A stretch of DNA of 63,037 nucleotides, filler included, from Olpidium bornovanus S191 (Eukaryota > Fungi > Olpidiomycota): assembly GCA_017911155.1 (NCBI GenBank). It is 30 parts of 30 records of this genome, joined end to end, with 100 filler letters (N's around TTAATTAATTAA, not from the genome) between each part and the next. Parts side by side here need not be neighbours in the genome. Positions count along the whole stretch, not along the records: positions 47,664 to 50,109 come from JAEFCI010003487.1; positions 50,210 to 51,813 come from JAEFCI010005981.1; positions 51,914 to 55,383 come from JAEFCI010003147.1; positions 55,484 to 56,766 come from JAEFCI010007649.1; positions 56,867 to 58,327 come from JAEFCI010012244.1; positions 58,428 to 60,157 come from JAEFCI010001514.1; positions 60,258 to 61,825 come from JAEFCI010001416.1; 23 more parts are not named here. One strand, 5' to 3'. Positions 49,049-61,410 of the stretch are shown in pieces (positions within the stretch are counted from its first letter, which is position 1; each line of letters opens with the position of its first letter). The notes under the pieces are model-generated. The model searched no databases. It was not told the DNA's origin and worked only from the letters and a program-made list of their open reading frames with translations. The position numbers and the translations under genes are program-made.

Positions 49049-50812
49049 ACGTGCGCACCCGTAAGGGGGGGGGGAGGACCTCGGACGTGGGGCAGAGCGA
49101 GAAGCGGAGGGCAAGAAGCGCCTGCGTCTGGGGGAGAGCGACGGGATTTCTCGTTCCACGAACCGCGGTTTTCCGGGCGGGGCTGGGCCGCGCGTTAAAC
49201 CCGGAAGGAAGACGGGGCAAAGCGCCGCGAGTTCCGCGGGCGGGCGAGCAGGCTGCGACCCGAAGTCGTTCTCGTTGAGGGTTTTTTTTTTTTTTTTTTT
49301 TGTTTTTTTTTTTTTGTACGGCGGGAAACTGCCAGGGAAGCGCGCGCAGTGCGTGGGTTACTCAGCCAGAAACGCCCGCCCCGCGGCGCATGAACTCGGG
49401 GGAAAGACCACCGGCGGAGGAGGAGGCGCACACGCAGCGTTCCCGTGCCAGGCAGGGCAGCAGCGCGGGCTTTCTCTTCTTCGCGCACCTGTGAGGGTGC
49501 GGTGCCTCCCCTCCCGTACACGCTGCCCCGTCCACATACCAGGTGTAAGGTCGAAAAAAGAACCGAGGACGGCCCTGGTGTGGCCCGGTTTGCCGTCGCT
49601 ACAGCCGTCGGCTTTCTCAAGGGAGAACCTCGTTCTCCGGCCGCCCTGTTGCCCCGAGATCGAAAGGAGGATTCGTCCGTTATCTGCAGGGAACAGCAAA
49701 TCACGGAAATCTCGCTGCCCATCGCAAGCTCGCGCTCGCGGGGGAGAATTTTTATTTTATTTATTTATCTAATTTTTTTCTTTAGCGGAAAGTTGCGAGT
49801 TGGAGATGAACCTCGGCAAAGCACTGAAGCCTACCAGGCCCCAATGACAGAAATATAACCTCTGCTGAACCTGATCTCACCCGATCAGGTGAGATCGTCA
49901 AAACATCCCAATTTAGAGTTGTGCGTCTCGCCAATCAAACCGCACCCTGTACCATGTATATACATCGCAGCGAGCTTCCAGTTCAAGATTGCGAATTACT
50001 TCATTTTCACGTGGATGTCGGTGATTCCCCGCTTTCGGCCAGTGCTCGCACGTCAGAAGTGGAGTCGTACCGGCCGAGAGCCGTGGCCTGCATGGCGGAC
50101 CCAGAGAGGNNNNNNNNNNNNNNNNNNNNNNNNNNNNNNNNNNNNNNNNNNNNTTAATTAATTAANNNNNNNNNNNNNNNNNNNNNNNNNNNNNNNNNNN
50201 NNNNNNNNNGAAACACGCGCGCAATAGGCCAAGATTCGTCGAGTTCCTGACGGGACAAAGTCGCCCCCCCCCTTCCGTTAAAGCTCGTCCAAGGCTCTCG
50301 GGGGGTTGTCACCTATACAAATTCCTCATGTCTTTTGACCCTGGGGCGCAAAAAAAAAAAAAAAAAAAAACGCTCGGGAGGGAAACCCCCCACCCACCCC
50401 AGGGTTGAACACCCCGCACTTGGCGCCCGCGGTAACGACAGCAGAGGGAAAGGACTCCCCACTTCCTCCCCCCCCCGGGAGCAGCCGCACATTCCCCGGA
50501 GCGCGTGAGCGGCGTGTTTTGAGAGAGGGTGGTTACTGGACGGTTTAAAAGAGGGGGGGGGGGAACACAAGTCTTGGCGCAAGGCCGGGACGGTGGTGGT
50601 GGTGGTGAGGGCGAGGGGGTTTTGTATAAATAGATGCGATGTACATAACGCGGCTTTTGCGATCACCGGGGAAAACGGGGATCTCGAAAAAAACAACAAC
50701 TACAACAACGACAACAAACAAAACGACAAAAAAAAAAACGTCGCGGGAAACAACCTAGGTGGCAGAAAAAAACAACAAAAACAAAAACAAAAAAAAGGTG
50801 GCCCGGAAGCGC

Positions 50813-51813
50813 CTAGACGGCGGTCTTGCACGTCGCGGCGCCCTTCTCGGCCTCGCCCGCTCTTTTCTCGGAGGCGGCGCTCTTCTCGGCGGGGTTGGTT
50901 TTCTTTGCCCCGTCGACCTCCGTTCGGTCGGTTTCGACTTCCGGGTCGCGGACGGTCTCTTCGTCGATGGCCTTGGGGTTGAGGGCGAACGACCCCCGCG
51001 GGATGAAAGTGGCCAGGAAAATGACGACGCCGCAGGTCGTCATGAAGACGCCGGCGGTGTAGACCATGGCGGTCCGCACGGCCTCCAGCCGCGGCCCGTC
51101 CGGGATCATGTCCGCGCCGCCGTGCTCCGCGGCGAGGTCGCGCAGGTGGGCGTCCATGACCTTGCCCATCAGGGGCGACAGGACGGCGAACATGACGATG
51201 TACAGGACGTACAGGAACGCCATCACGGCGCCGAGGGGCGACGTGTGGCGGTCGACGTGGTTGATCTTGGCGAGCCGGGCCTGGATGTACGCGACGAGCG
51301 AGACGTCGCCGGCGGCCCACCCGAAGGACACGAAGGCCATGACGCCGAACAGAACCCAGACCCAGGTGTCGGCGCCGCCGACGGGACGGACGCACGGGAA
51401 GACCCAGACGATCGCGACGGTGAGGGCGTCGACGCGCAGCCAGGGGAGAGGCGTCGCCACGGCCCGCGTGAACAGGAGGACGAAGAGCGCGCCGAGGAGC
51501 TCCCCGAAGTTGGAGCCGGCCACGAGCCTCTGCTGGAAGGAGCCGCGGCCGAGGCCGACGTTCGCGTACTGGGCGAAGAGGACGCTCTCGAGGTAGCGGT
51601 GGAGAACCAGCGGCAGGGAGTACGCCGGGACCAGCCAGACCAGCGACCGCTTCGTCAGGACCAGGTTGGCGCCGACGCCGACGGAGTGGAAGAAGGCTCC
51701 GAGGATCGACCTCGCCTCCTGCGCGAGCGGGAGCCTGTCGTCGACGGCCTCCAGGCCGTTCTCCCCGTCCAGCCTGATCCGGTACCACACGACGGCGGCG
51801 GCCGTGAACATGA
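50813..51813 (-). CDS. MFS-like multi-pass membrane protein of an uncharacterised family, C-terminal about 330 aa, 5'-truncated
   Basis: Uninterrupted ORF with several hydrophobic segments; HRYLES, GSNFGELLGAL, TPLPWLRVDAL, SFGWAAGDVSLVAYIQ and LGAVMAFLY. Confidence 0.8.
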
Positions 51814-51969
51814 NNNNNNNNNNNNNNNNNNNNNNNNNNNNNNNNNNNNNNNNNNNNTTAATTAATTAANNNNNNNNNNNNNNNNNNNNNNNNNNNNNNN
51901 NNNNNNNNNNNNNCATGCATATCACTGGCCCGGACACAGCTGTCATCGCGGCTGCTTAGGAGACATTGC

Positions 51970-52475
51970 TGGGTGCAGAAATCAGAGTCTTTCCTCGGCA
52001 CCCGGCTCACCCAGCACGCGGACGGCATATCACCTGATCAGAATCATTACATCGACCAGATTCTTCATCATTTTGGCTACGCGACCGCCAACGCCTCGCC
52101 AATCCCGATGGATGGCAACCGGAACCTCCGTGCTCGCACAAAGGGTGAACAACCACACGAAAAAGGGCGCCTACAAGGAGCATTCGGACGTTGACGTACA
52201 TCGCCGGCGCCACCAGACCGGATATCACTTCTGCGGCACATCGACTGGCGTATCTGATCTTAGCAATACCCATCGGAGCGCAACGAAGAAAGTCCTTTGC
52301 TGTTCTAACTACGCCATCCGCTACTCACGCGTCGTTAGTGAGTATGCTGCCAACCAACGTCTCCTCTACACAGACAAGGACCGGTTGATTCTTGACGCAT
52401 TCGCGGACAGTGGCTGGGCCGGTAACCTCGACAATCGGAAAAGCACCACCGGGTATGTGTTTTGGCTCGCCGGGT
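51970..52475 (+). mobile_element. Decayed Ty1/copia RT thumb and RNase H start
   Basis: FLGTRLTQ..DQNHYIDQILHHFG; TRPDITSAAHRLA; LDAFADSGWAGNLDNRKSTTGYVFWLAG. Confidence 0.9.
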
Positions 52476-52870
52476 CCGTGCCGTCGTCTGGGATCATATC
52501 CGTGACGTGGAAAAGGCCCTGCAACGAGCAGAGAAGGTCAACCCGACGTTCTCAGGGAGTAAGTCACGTTTCGGCGTGGGCGAAATTCCGCCGCTCGGGT
52601 TTTGTTGCGGACGGTATGGGAAGCGCGTTCGAAGAGAGGGAGGGTGCCCTGCATCCGATCGATTGGGTGCCGCCTGTGCGCGAAGTGCGGAGGTTCCTTG
52701 GGGCGGTGGGAGTCTACCGCCGTTTCATCTCCCATTATGGAGAGCTCCCTTGTACGCGCCCTGCTTCGGAAAGGAGGAGAGGTGCCGTGGGGCGAAACCG
52801 CGAACACCCGTCGCAACCCGGCCCGGCCCCCATCGAGCGCTGGATGCCTGGCGGTTGGCAACTACAACAA
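52476..52870 (+). mobile_element. Decayed Ty3/gypsy RT C-terminus and connection, abutting the copia fragment; 3' end approximate
   Basis: VRAVVWDHIRDVEKALQR..TFSGSKSRFGVGEI..LGF.CG and (frameshifted) VREVRRFLGAVGVYRRFISHY. Confidence 0.8.
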
Positions 52871-53244
52871 AAGCACCATCCCGCCTCCGCCGCTTGCCGC
52901 GCCGCCACGTGTCCCATTTATTCTACCCGCTGCTCGGTTACAATTGGAAGGTACAGAAAGAGGAGTCGACGCCGCTGTGTCGCCCTCTATATATTCACAA
53001 AAGAACAAATGCAGCAACGTGTAATGAAGGGGGCCGGCGCAGGAGGGGGCCCGGGTGGGGTGTTCTCAGGAATCTCTTGGCTTCCTTACAAAATAGAACG
53101 GCTCGGGCAACAAAAAAGAAAAAGAAAAAGAAAAAAAATCATCGTGCCCGAAATACGGGCGCCTTTTAGACGGGAAGAAGGCGGGGGGGGGGGGGGGGGG
53201 GGAGGGGGAGGGGGGAAGGAAGGATGGGAAGAGGAGTAAAGGGT

Positions 53245-55383
53245 TCACTCCCCCTCTCCCATTTCCAACGCGTCTTCCCAGCTGTCCAGAACGTTTTCTT
53301 GCTCCGCAGCGGGACCGGTCGCGGCAGGGACTGCACCGGCGGGAGCGGCGCCGGCGGGCGGCGCCGGCGGCGCGGCCAACCCTTTCATGGCGGAGAAGGC
53401 GTTGAGCGATACCATCGCGCTCTTCGGTTTTGCCGCGGGCGCCGCCGGCGAAGTTGGCAGGGCGAGAGCGCCTCTGGAGTCGACTGATTTCCGCGAAATA
53501 GGGCAGATTAGTGGGGTACGGTCCCGGACCCGTCCGGTCGAGAACACGACAACCGACTCTTTCGAGCTCAAAGGAAAAGCCGGTCCAAGACCCACCGTAG
53601 ACGCACTCGACCGCTTTCAGCATCCCGGTGGACCCCAGCTTCGACTTCAGCGTCCGCTGGGCGCTGTAGATAACGTTCTCGATCTCCTCCTGCGGCAAGC
53701 TGCTTTCCATCGGCGTGACCAGGACCGCATCAGTTCCTCCGGACGGCTCAATGCCGTCCGGCGGGGTGACGTTCCAGGTGAGGGAGTACCTCAGCCGCCC
53801 GAGGGCGGCGGCGAGGTCCGGGACAAGGTCGCCGGCCGCGGCGCCAAAGCGGAGCCCGATCAGACACAGGGCATTGACGGCGGGCCGGGGGCGCAGTCGC
53901 GGAACCGCGGGCAGATCCCGACTTGCGGCGGCTGCTGATGCGGCGGCCGCCGCCGCCGCGGTCGACTTCCGCAATGCGGCCGCGGCGGTCACGGTCACGG
54001 CCGGAATCCTCGCGACGCCCAGGCGCTCCTTGCGCACTACGACGCTCCGGTACGGCTCCACGTCGACGCTCTCGGAGGCGAGCCCGTAGTGACCACACAG
54101 CTCGTGGATGAACGCGCGGTGCGGCGCCTTCATTGGAGGGAAATTGAGCGTCGTCCTGCGCGGCGGAGGGCTGGCCGTGTCCGCGGGCGGAGGCGGGGCG
54201 GTCACCTCCGCCACGAACGTTGCAAACTGCTGCTCGATGCCTTTGGCCCAGGAAAAGTTCGCCTGGGCGTGCCGCAAAAGCGTGTCCGAGTACTCCTCGA
54301 ACTCAGATGCGTCCGGTGCGGTGGTAGACCGGTCGATCCCCAAAGCCTCGGCGACCCTCTTGTTGCGGTCGGCGACTGAGCAGAAGTCCGTGCAGGAAAG
54401 GCTCTGCCGGCCCGCAGAGCAAGCAACCATCTGGCTCAGGTGGCCGCATGGACAGCAGATCTTCACACGCTGGAGGCATGGTCGCCCTTCCAGGCATGCG
54501 GCGGGGGCGTGGCACTCCGCCGTGCACGGGTGACCGCACCCAGCGAGCAGCTTCCCGCACGGCTGTGTGCATCTCGCAGGTTTTCCATCTTTTTCAACTA
54601 AGCAGTCTCCGCTATGGCACGTTCGCTACGTTCAAATAAGGCGACAAACTGATCAGAATTACACTTATTCAGGAGAGGCCGAAAACACGCGATAGCCTAA
54701 CAAAACGCTGCTGGTTACCTGACAGGAGTGTCCGCCGCACGGCAGCTTCCTTCCGCATACAGCTCCGCAGCTGACGGTCGTTCTGTGGCACGGGACGTTA
54801 CTGATGTTCGCTTTGCCGCACACGCACTTTTTGGTAACAAGCTGCACGCAAGGCGGGCAGCTCTCATCGTCACCGTGGCAGTTGTGCGGACCGAGCGGGT
54901 GGCCGCAGAGCGGCCGACGTCTGCACGGGTAGCTGCACTTGGGAATCGACGTTCCGCAGGGTATCGGAAAGGTCGTGATCCTGGTCCGGCCGCAGTTGCA
55001 CGCCAGCTCTTCGAAACCGGCTTCCAGGCATGGCGGGCAGTGGCCCTTGTGGCACAAGTTTGCGCACTTGTGGACACCGCAGCGCAACTTCTTCCCACAC
55101 AACAGCTTGCAGTCGTCAGGGTCGTCGTCCAGCAGAGCTGGGCCGGCATGCTGCTCTTGGAACTTGCTTTTCGCTGCCGGGGACTGGTGCGCCGGCGAAG
55201 GGCAGCACTTCACCCCGCACTGGTGCCTCCGACAGTTCCGCAGAGATTTGCAAATCCTGTCGCAAATTGGCGGCAGGATCTTCTTGCCCGCCCATTTGAA
55301 ACACGGTCCCTCAACGTCCGCCGACCCGCAACGGCAAAGGCGAGTCACAACTTGCGTGCAACTGCAACAATTGATGGAACATG
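53245..55383 (-). CDS. NFX1: NF-X1/FAP1/shuttle craft (NF-X1 zinc fingers + R3H), C-terminal part
   Basis: Repeated CGxHxC..CHxGxCxPC fingers; R3H FPPMKAPHRAFIHELCGHYGLASESVDVEPYRSVVVRK; ends DSWEDALEMGEGE*. Confidence 0.95.
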
Positions 55384-55483
55384 NNNNNNNNNNNNNNNNN
55401 NNNNNNNNNNNNNNNNNNNNNNNNNNNTTAATTAATTAANNNNNNNNNNNNNNNNNNNNNNNNNNNNNNNNNNNNNNNNNNNN

Positions 55484-56766
55484 CATGATTTGATGCGGAG
55501 GCCAACCTGACCGCGGCACGTTTCGCAGCGTTGACCGGTGAGCCACGCCCTGATCAGCGGCTCGAAAAGAGTTACCGGAAGCGAAGTGGCCAGCGCGCGC
55601 ACCCACCGAACGGGTAATCCCATTGACGATTAGGCCTGTCGAGCGAAATCTTTCCCCTGGAATGTTCGGTGCCGCACACGAGACCGCCGACGACTTCGAA
55701 TAATCGCAACCCCACGTCGCTGAATTTGGCGAGGGCCCGAAAACGCCGCGTCAACCCTCCTGCCTTCCCACACCCTGCGGACGACAAACTCCCGTCCCGC
55801 CAAGAGCAAGGAAACCGCGCGCCGCCAAACTTACAGGAGTCTCGCGGCCTGGGCTTCGCTCGCGCATCCGGCCCAGAGGGCCCAGAAAGCGGTGACGGAC
55901 TCGTACACGCTCTGCTCCTCGAGCCGGGTGTCGTAATCAAAGTACATTCCCTTTTCCTCGTTCCAGCAGTACTTATCGATAAGGGCCTTTCTGCGGCGTG
56001 CGCGCTCGAACCACGGCTCGGGCGTTTCCACGTCCGGCGTCGCGGAGCCGCTCTTCTTTTTCTTTCTGGCAGGCGGCATCTCGAACCTGCCGCCGAAGAT
56101 GTCGCGGATCGCCGTACCGATGTCCACCTCGTACTTGTACAGCAGGCACTGCAGGTCGATGGTGGCCATGTCGGCGCACTTCTTCTCGAGCCGGTAGGTC
56201 GTGTCGTGTCCGGACTCGCGCACGGCTCGGTCGTGTATAAAGTAGGTGTCGAGGTGCGGCTCCTTGGCACGGCCGTCGTTGTACATAGCCTGGTAGGTCT
56301 TGACGTCCACCCCGAGCGCCTTGGCGTACGGCTCGACCACGTGGTCAAAGTGGGAGGCCTCCGTCTCCGGAGGCATGCCGATGCCGGTCGGGTGGTAGCG
56401 CGACAGCCCCGTCTTGGGATCTAACCTCGGTGGAGACATCCACACCTCGTAGTACTCCCGGATCGCCGCCGCAAAAGCCTCGTGCAGCCAGGCGACGTTC
56501 TCTTTTTCGCGGTCCGCCGGCAGCCGCTCAAAGACTCGCAGCGACATCTCCGTCAAAAACGGCGGCTGGGAGCGGGTGAGGGAGTACGAACGGTTCGCGT
56601 TGAGTATCTTGCCGTAATGCTTGATCTCGTACACGAAGTTGTCCACCATGTTCTTGGCAAGGTCCAGCCTCCCGTCGATCATCAGGCCCAGCGCCTCGAA
56701 GTACGAGTCCCAACCGTACATCTCGTTGAAGCGCCCTCCCGGGACGACAAACTCTACTCCCTTGTA
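55484..56766 (-). CDS. NTH1: Neutral trehalase (GH37, Nth1 type), internal fragment
   Basis: [16 protein letters not shown]; [16 protein letters not shown]; [11 protein letters not shown]; [12 protein letters not shown]; GTEHSRG..RQWDYPF|GWPPHQIM. Confidence 0.97.
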
Positions 56767-57374
56767 NNNNNNNNNNNNNNNNNNNNNNNNNNNNNNNNNN
56801 NNNNNNNNNNTTAATTAATTAANNNNNNNNNNNNNNNNNNNNNNNNNNNNNNNNNNNNNNNNNNNNAAGTCCCGCCTCGTTTGGTCATGTAAGGCAAAAG
56901 AGTGAGAGCTGACCTCAAGATAGATGCAACCACTTGAAATAATCGATTCGGCCCCGCCAGCGGGAGACGTTTCCATTTGAGCATGGCATTCTTCATCGCT
57001 GCTGCCCTAGCGAGTGGAAGGAAAGCCACACGAGGCTTAAGAAAAGGTTGGTGATCGCAATGTGTAACACGCGAAAAGCGAGAAGCGTTGAGGCAAACAA
57101 CTTTTTATTGCGTGTTCGGGGTCGTTGTACTTCAGCTTTTGAAGCTGTTGGAAGTACAAGGGAAAAATTTGCTTTGAAGTCGAACTACGGAGCTGAAGGG
57201 ACGCTATTTATGCCCGTCGACGTCGAGCAGAGGGCTGGTCGACGGCCAGCTTCGTTCTTCGACATTGCGTCTGTCGACGCGGTGCGTCTGGTCCGTTCCC
57301 GCGCGGTCGCGGTTACCACGCGGGGCTCCGAGCTTTCGTGCGCGTGCGGGCAGTGTCGTTTACCCAGGGGGGGG

Positions 57375-57675
57375 GACGATGGTTGGCGGGGGGCTCCCGT
57401 GTGTGGCGCTGAGGGGGAAGGGGAGAGAGCTCTTCGATTGGCGGGCTTTGAAGGAGATTATTCTATTGGTCGGCCCCCGGGTTCGGGGGCCGTCTTGCCC
57501 TCAATCCTGCTTCTGTTCTCCGCCTCCTTGCCCGCCTCTCGCCCCTTCGTCCGCCTCCGCCTCTCGACCGCTGCCGCCTGTCGACCGCTGCCGCCTGTCG
57601 ACCGCTGCCGCCTGTCGCGCTGCCGCCTGTCGACCGCTGCCGCCTGTCGACCACTGCCGCCTTCCGTGGCGTCGG
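57375..57675 (+). repeat. Dispersed repeat copy A, containing a 17-bp tandem array (CGACCGCTGCCGCCTGT, about 6 copies, 57565-57662)
   Basis: Shares GTGTGGCGCTG..GCTCTTC(G/A)ATTGGCGGGCTT..ATTCTATTGGTCGG and GCCGCCTTCCGTGGCG with the reverse complement of 61598-61780. Confidence 0.85.
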
Positions 57676-58446
57676 TCGGTGGGCGGTTCGAAGGCCGTTC
57701 CACGGCACTGCGCGGTTCGAAGGCCGTGCCATAGCGCCGCGCGGTTCGAAGGCCGTGCCACAGCATAGCGTGCTTGTCATACAATGGGACTTAGATGCTT
57801 TACAAGAAAATTCATGCTTTGATCAATCCTCTGCCTTGGCATCGCACATTGAATTCACAAAAGGAGGCACATCACGATATAGGTTTTTACCATCACCCAT
57901 CCAAGCTCGAGTCCCATGAGTACTCCGAGAAACCCACCTGTCTTCAACCACGTGTCTATCTCCCTAGGTAAGGTCCATCCCCCAAAAAAGAGGATCACCG
58001 TCGCCAGACACCAAGAGAAATAACTGTAAAATGTTTAAACTGATAAAGGCACAAGACACCTCCCGACAAGGGCCGGAGCTCATTGCAACTCAATCGGAGA
58101 CTCAAGGAATGCCCCGCCCATGGAGAAACCCCAAGCGCAATCAGTCCACCGATCAGAAAAGTTAAGGAATGAACTCCTAAAAACACATTTCTAAAGGCAA
58201 GCCAATACCATGGAAAAAAACCCTGAGACCGAGAGACCTCTTCCCAATGAAGCGAACCAACAGCCAAAACGACTGAAAAGAGCGAAATAAGGATAGGGAA
58301 CCAGGCTACACAGGCTTGGGCTAAAAANNNNNNNNNNNNNNNNNNNNNNNNNNNNNNNNNNNNNNNNNNNNTTAATTAATTAANNNNNNNNNNNNNNNNN
58401 NNNNNNNNNNNNNNNNNNNNNNNNNNNCATGTCTTCCAGTCGTTTT

Positions 58447-58900
58447 TGGCCCGTTTCGAGAGCTTTTTTTCGAGGAAAGTACCTCCAACAGGCCAAAGTT
58501 GCCTGGATTAGCAAAACACCAAAACTTTCATCGTCGAATCCCCTAGTTTTTCCCAGGTTTTGTGACACATTTCAGGCTGCGTTTCACACACGGGACCGCT
58601 AGCTTTTTGGGGGATTTGTAGATTTTGGTTCAACAGGATAGGAATCGCGCCACACATTTTAGCGCTTCTGTACCTCCTAGCGTCATTTCGACGGCGAACT
58701 CACGAGAACTCTTCGTCTCCTTAAGCAAGTCGCGGTTGAGATGGTCCTTCGCGACAGCTAGCGGCGTTGAGTTCGTCAGACCATTTCGGCCCGTTTCAAG
58801 AGTTTTTCTCGGGGAAAATACCCCGTGGCGGCCAAAGTGGCCTGGATTGAACGAAGCTCACCCGGCTTTTGACAAATTTTAGAGTTTTGTGGAAAACCGT
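58447..58900. repeat. Imperfect direct repeat, period about 340 bp
   Basis: GGCCCGTTTC(G/A)AGAG..GGCCAAAGT(T/G)GCCTGGATT at about 58448 and about 58788. Confidence 0.75.
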
Positions 58901-59074
58901 TTTTGGCAATGTCTCAGACACAACGCCGGTAACTTTTTCAGAAAATGTTCCGCCGGACAGTAAGGGCGGACCCCTTTATGTCCGGCGGAACATTTGGTGG
59001 AAAGTTACCGCTGTTGTGTCTGAGACACTGTCAGAAAGTTTTTCCACACTCTAAATTTGTCCAAGAAACCCGGG
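58861..59074. repeat. Imperfect ~210-bp palindrome (foldback hairpin), possible MITE
   Basis: Left arm CCCGG..GACAAATTT..TGTCTCAGACACAAC..GGTAACTTT..AATGTTCCGCCGGACA..AAGGG pairs with right arm CCCTT..TGTCCGGCGGAACATT..AAAGTTACC..GTTGTGTCTGAGACA..AAATTTGTC..CCGGG. Loop is about 5 nt (58967-58971). Confidence 0.9.
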
Positions 59075-60076
59075 CATCGATCACAAGGCTCTCCTGCATC
59101 ACAAACAACAACAACAACAAACCCAAAAATTAGGACGATGACGCTAGCGTCACTAGGCGACTTCAATGACTTCAGGCCGTCATCGCACCGGAACCTACCC
59201 CGTACTCGACCTTGACCTCTAACGACGGCCACCGTGTACGCACAATGCCGGAACTGGCCTCCCGCAGTTCCCATAAACACGTGCCTGGGATGCTCCCGGG
59301 CGAGATGCCACGTAGCCACTAGACAAAAAGCAAAGACAGCAATGAGAGTGGCATCAATTTCCTTATTGAACGGCGCGAATTATCGGACACGGCCCTGTCG
59401 CCGCTGGTATGGCTGGACATACCCCGCGTTGGCAAACGGGTTGTCACGCACATGGGCAGTGGAGTCGCCGGCGCCGCCAACCGGCCGCGCCCGGTGTCGA
59501 GAGTTTAGGCCGCTCTCCTTTGTTAAGCGTGTTGGCACTGCAGGTTGATTACCATTCTCATGATCGTTGTGTGTTCGGTTATGGTAGCTTACAACACGCT
59601 AAACGAGGTCTATTAACTGTTCTCGTTCGGAGCCTCTTATCTGCCATGGCAAATCAAAGGTTTGACTTTTTGCCTGTTGAATTCGGCAGTCCTCTTTGCC
59701 ATGGCGTGACATCTACCATATCAGACGAGCATTTTCACTGGCTCGTGGATGGGAAATCTCGGTGGGGTGCTGCGTATTATCCATCGTGTGCGATGGGAAC
59801 ACATACACCAACCTAGTTCCACCGCGTCTTGGTTGATCTGGTTTGTCTACATCGCCCGCGGCGACTCGGCGAACCGTCAAGACCGTACTCAGGGCGTAGC
59901 GAACGCCATGTGCTCCCGGCCTGTTTTGTATGACGGGGAACTAGCAATTCCCACAAGAGCCATGAATTCAGGGTGTGAGGGGGGCGGGGTGTGTGGCGTA
60001 CCCCACACCCCGCCCTCCTTCCCCAAACCGCCCGCCCGTTCACTCGGCTCCCCCCCCCACCCCCCCCCCCCCCCCC

Positions 60077-60152
<76 letters not shown>

Positions 60153-61336
60153 ACTGCNNNNNNNNNNNNNNNNNNNNNNNNNNNNNNNNNNNNNNNNNNN
60201 NTTAATTAATTAANNNNNNNNNNNNNNNNNNNNNNNNNNNNNNNNNNNNNNNNNNNNCATGCCGAGATGTTGATATCGTGTTGTATCGCGTTGGGACACA
60301 ATGCTGTCGAGAGAAAAAGCCCTTTTCGGAAGGGATAGCAGGCTGAATCGGATGGCTTGGGCCCTTGCTGCACAGTGGTGCTTGGACGGCGCCGTGGAAC
60401 TCCGGCGAGAGCTGTTCTTCTTGTAACACGCTGTCGTTCCCTACCCCGCCTTTGCCTGCGATGCTCGCGTCAATGTCCCCGTCGATAGCCGTGGTGGTGA
60501 ATACTCAAGGGCCGAAATACCCGTTCTCCTGTTCTGTCCCGAGGAGCGCGCCAACAGCTCCGTCGCGGGCTGCTGCGGCCGCAAGGTGTCCGGTGCAGAA
60601 GGGGGGGAGATCCTATCCTTTGTTTATTGTTTCTTGCACACGTGCGTTGGCTAGGGGGGCGTTCTTCTCCCCTTACAAGCGATCAATGGGGTAGTTGACA
60701 TATTGGGAGGGGGGAAAAATTCTCCGACAACACGCGCAGCGATGTCGAACGATGTCACAACGTGACGGGAGGTTGATATCGCGTTGCATCGCGTCAGGAT
60801 ACAAAGCATGCAGAGAAGTCGCAAAATGTCACGACGCGATGTGATCCAACACAAGGCGGGGGCGAGATTGCAAGGCATTGCGATCGATAGTTGCTTTATG
60901 CCCCAAAGTCATGTTATGCTGCTCATATGCACCACATGCACAGCCACAATGTTTATTATCATCAAAACTATCATCCCTGCCCCCACGTCGTCGTTTCATT
61001 GTCGTTCCATTGTCCCTCCCTAGCTAATAGATTTATTTGGTTTCATTCGGATGCCCTCGGCACCTTTGAGGCCGTGCGAGTGATGACCTGACTCACTTGC
61101 GTGGGCGCAATCCTCTTCTGTGGTGGCTTTGGAGCCGAGCTGGCGGAGGAACTCGCCGCTGCGGCAGGCGACGAGGTGGTGGTGAGCAGAGCCACGCGAG
61201 GGAACCAGACTCACCAGCATAGGCGCAATCCTCTTCTGTGTTGGCTTTGGAACCGAAGACGGCCCGGTGGTGCCGGTGGATCCGGTCGGGCCGGGCCTGT
61301 GTGCATGTCGCACAGGAATTTCCAGGGGGGGCACGC

Positions 61337-61410
61337 ACCGGCTACACCGGCCACACCAGCGACATCGGCGACACCAGCCACATCAGCCACACCGGCTACG
61401 TCGGCCGCCG
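61337..61410. repeat. 9-bp-unit degenerate tandem repeat (PAT/SAT coding on +, ADVAGV on -)
   Basis: CCGGCTACA-CCGGCCACA-CCAGCGACA-TCGGCGACA-CCAGCCACA-TCAGCCACA-CCGGCTACG. Confidence 0.8.

Noticed and set aside
57565-57662. 17-bp repeats considered as a CRISPR-like array
   Set aside because: They are head-to-tail with no spacers, in a eukaryotic context with no cas genes; a minisatellite.
57900-58327. A-rich stretch that might be a decayed transposon ORF
   Set aside because: It has multiple stops and no diagnostic motif.
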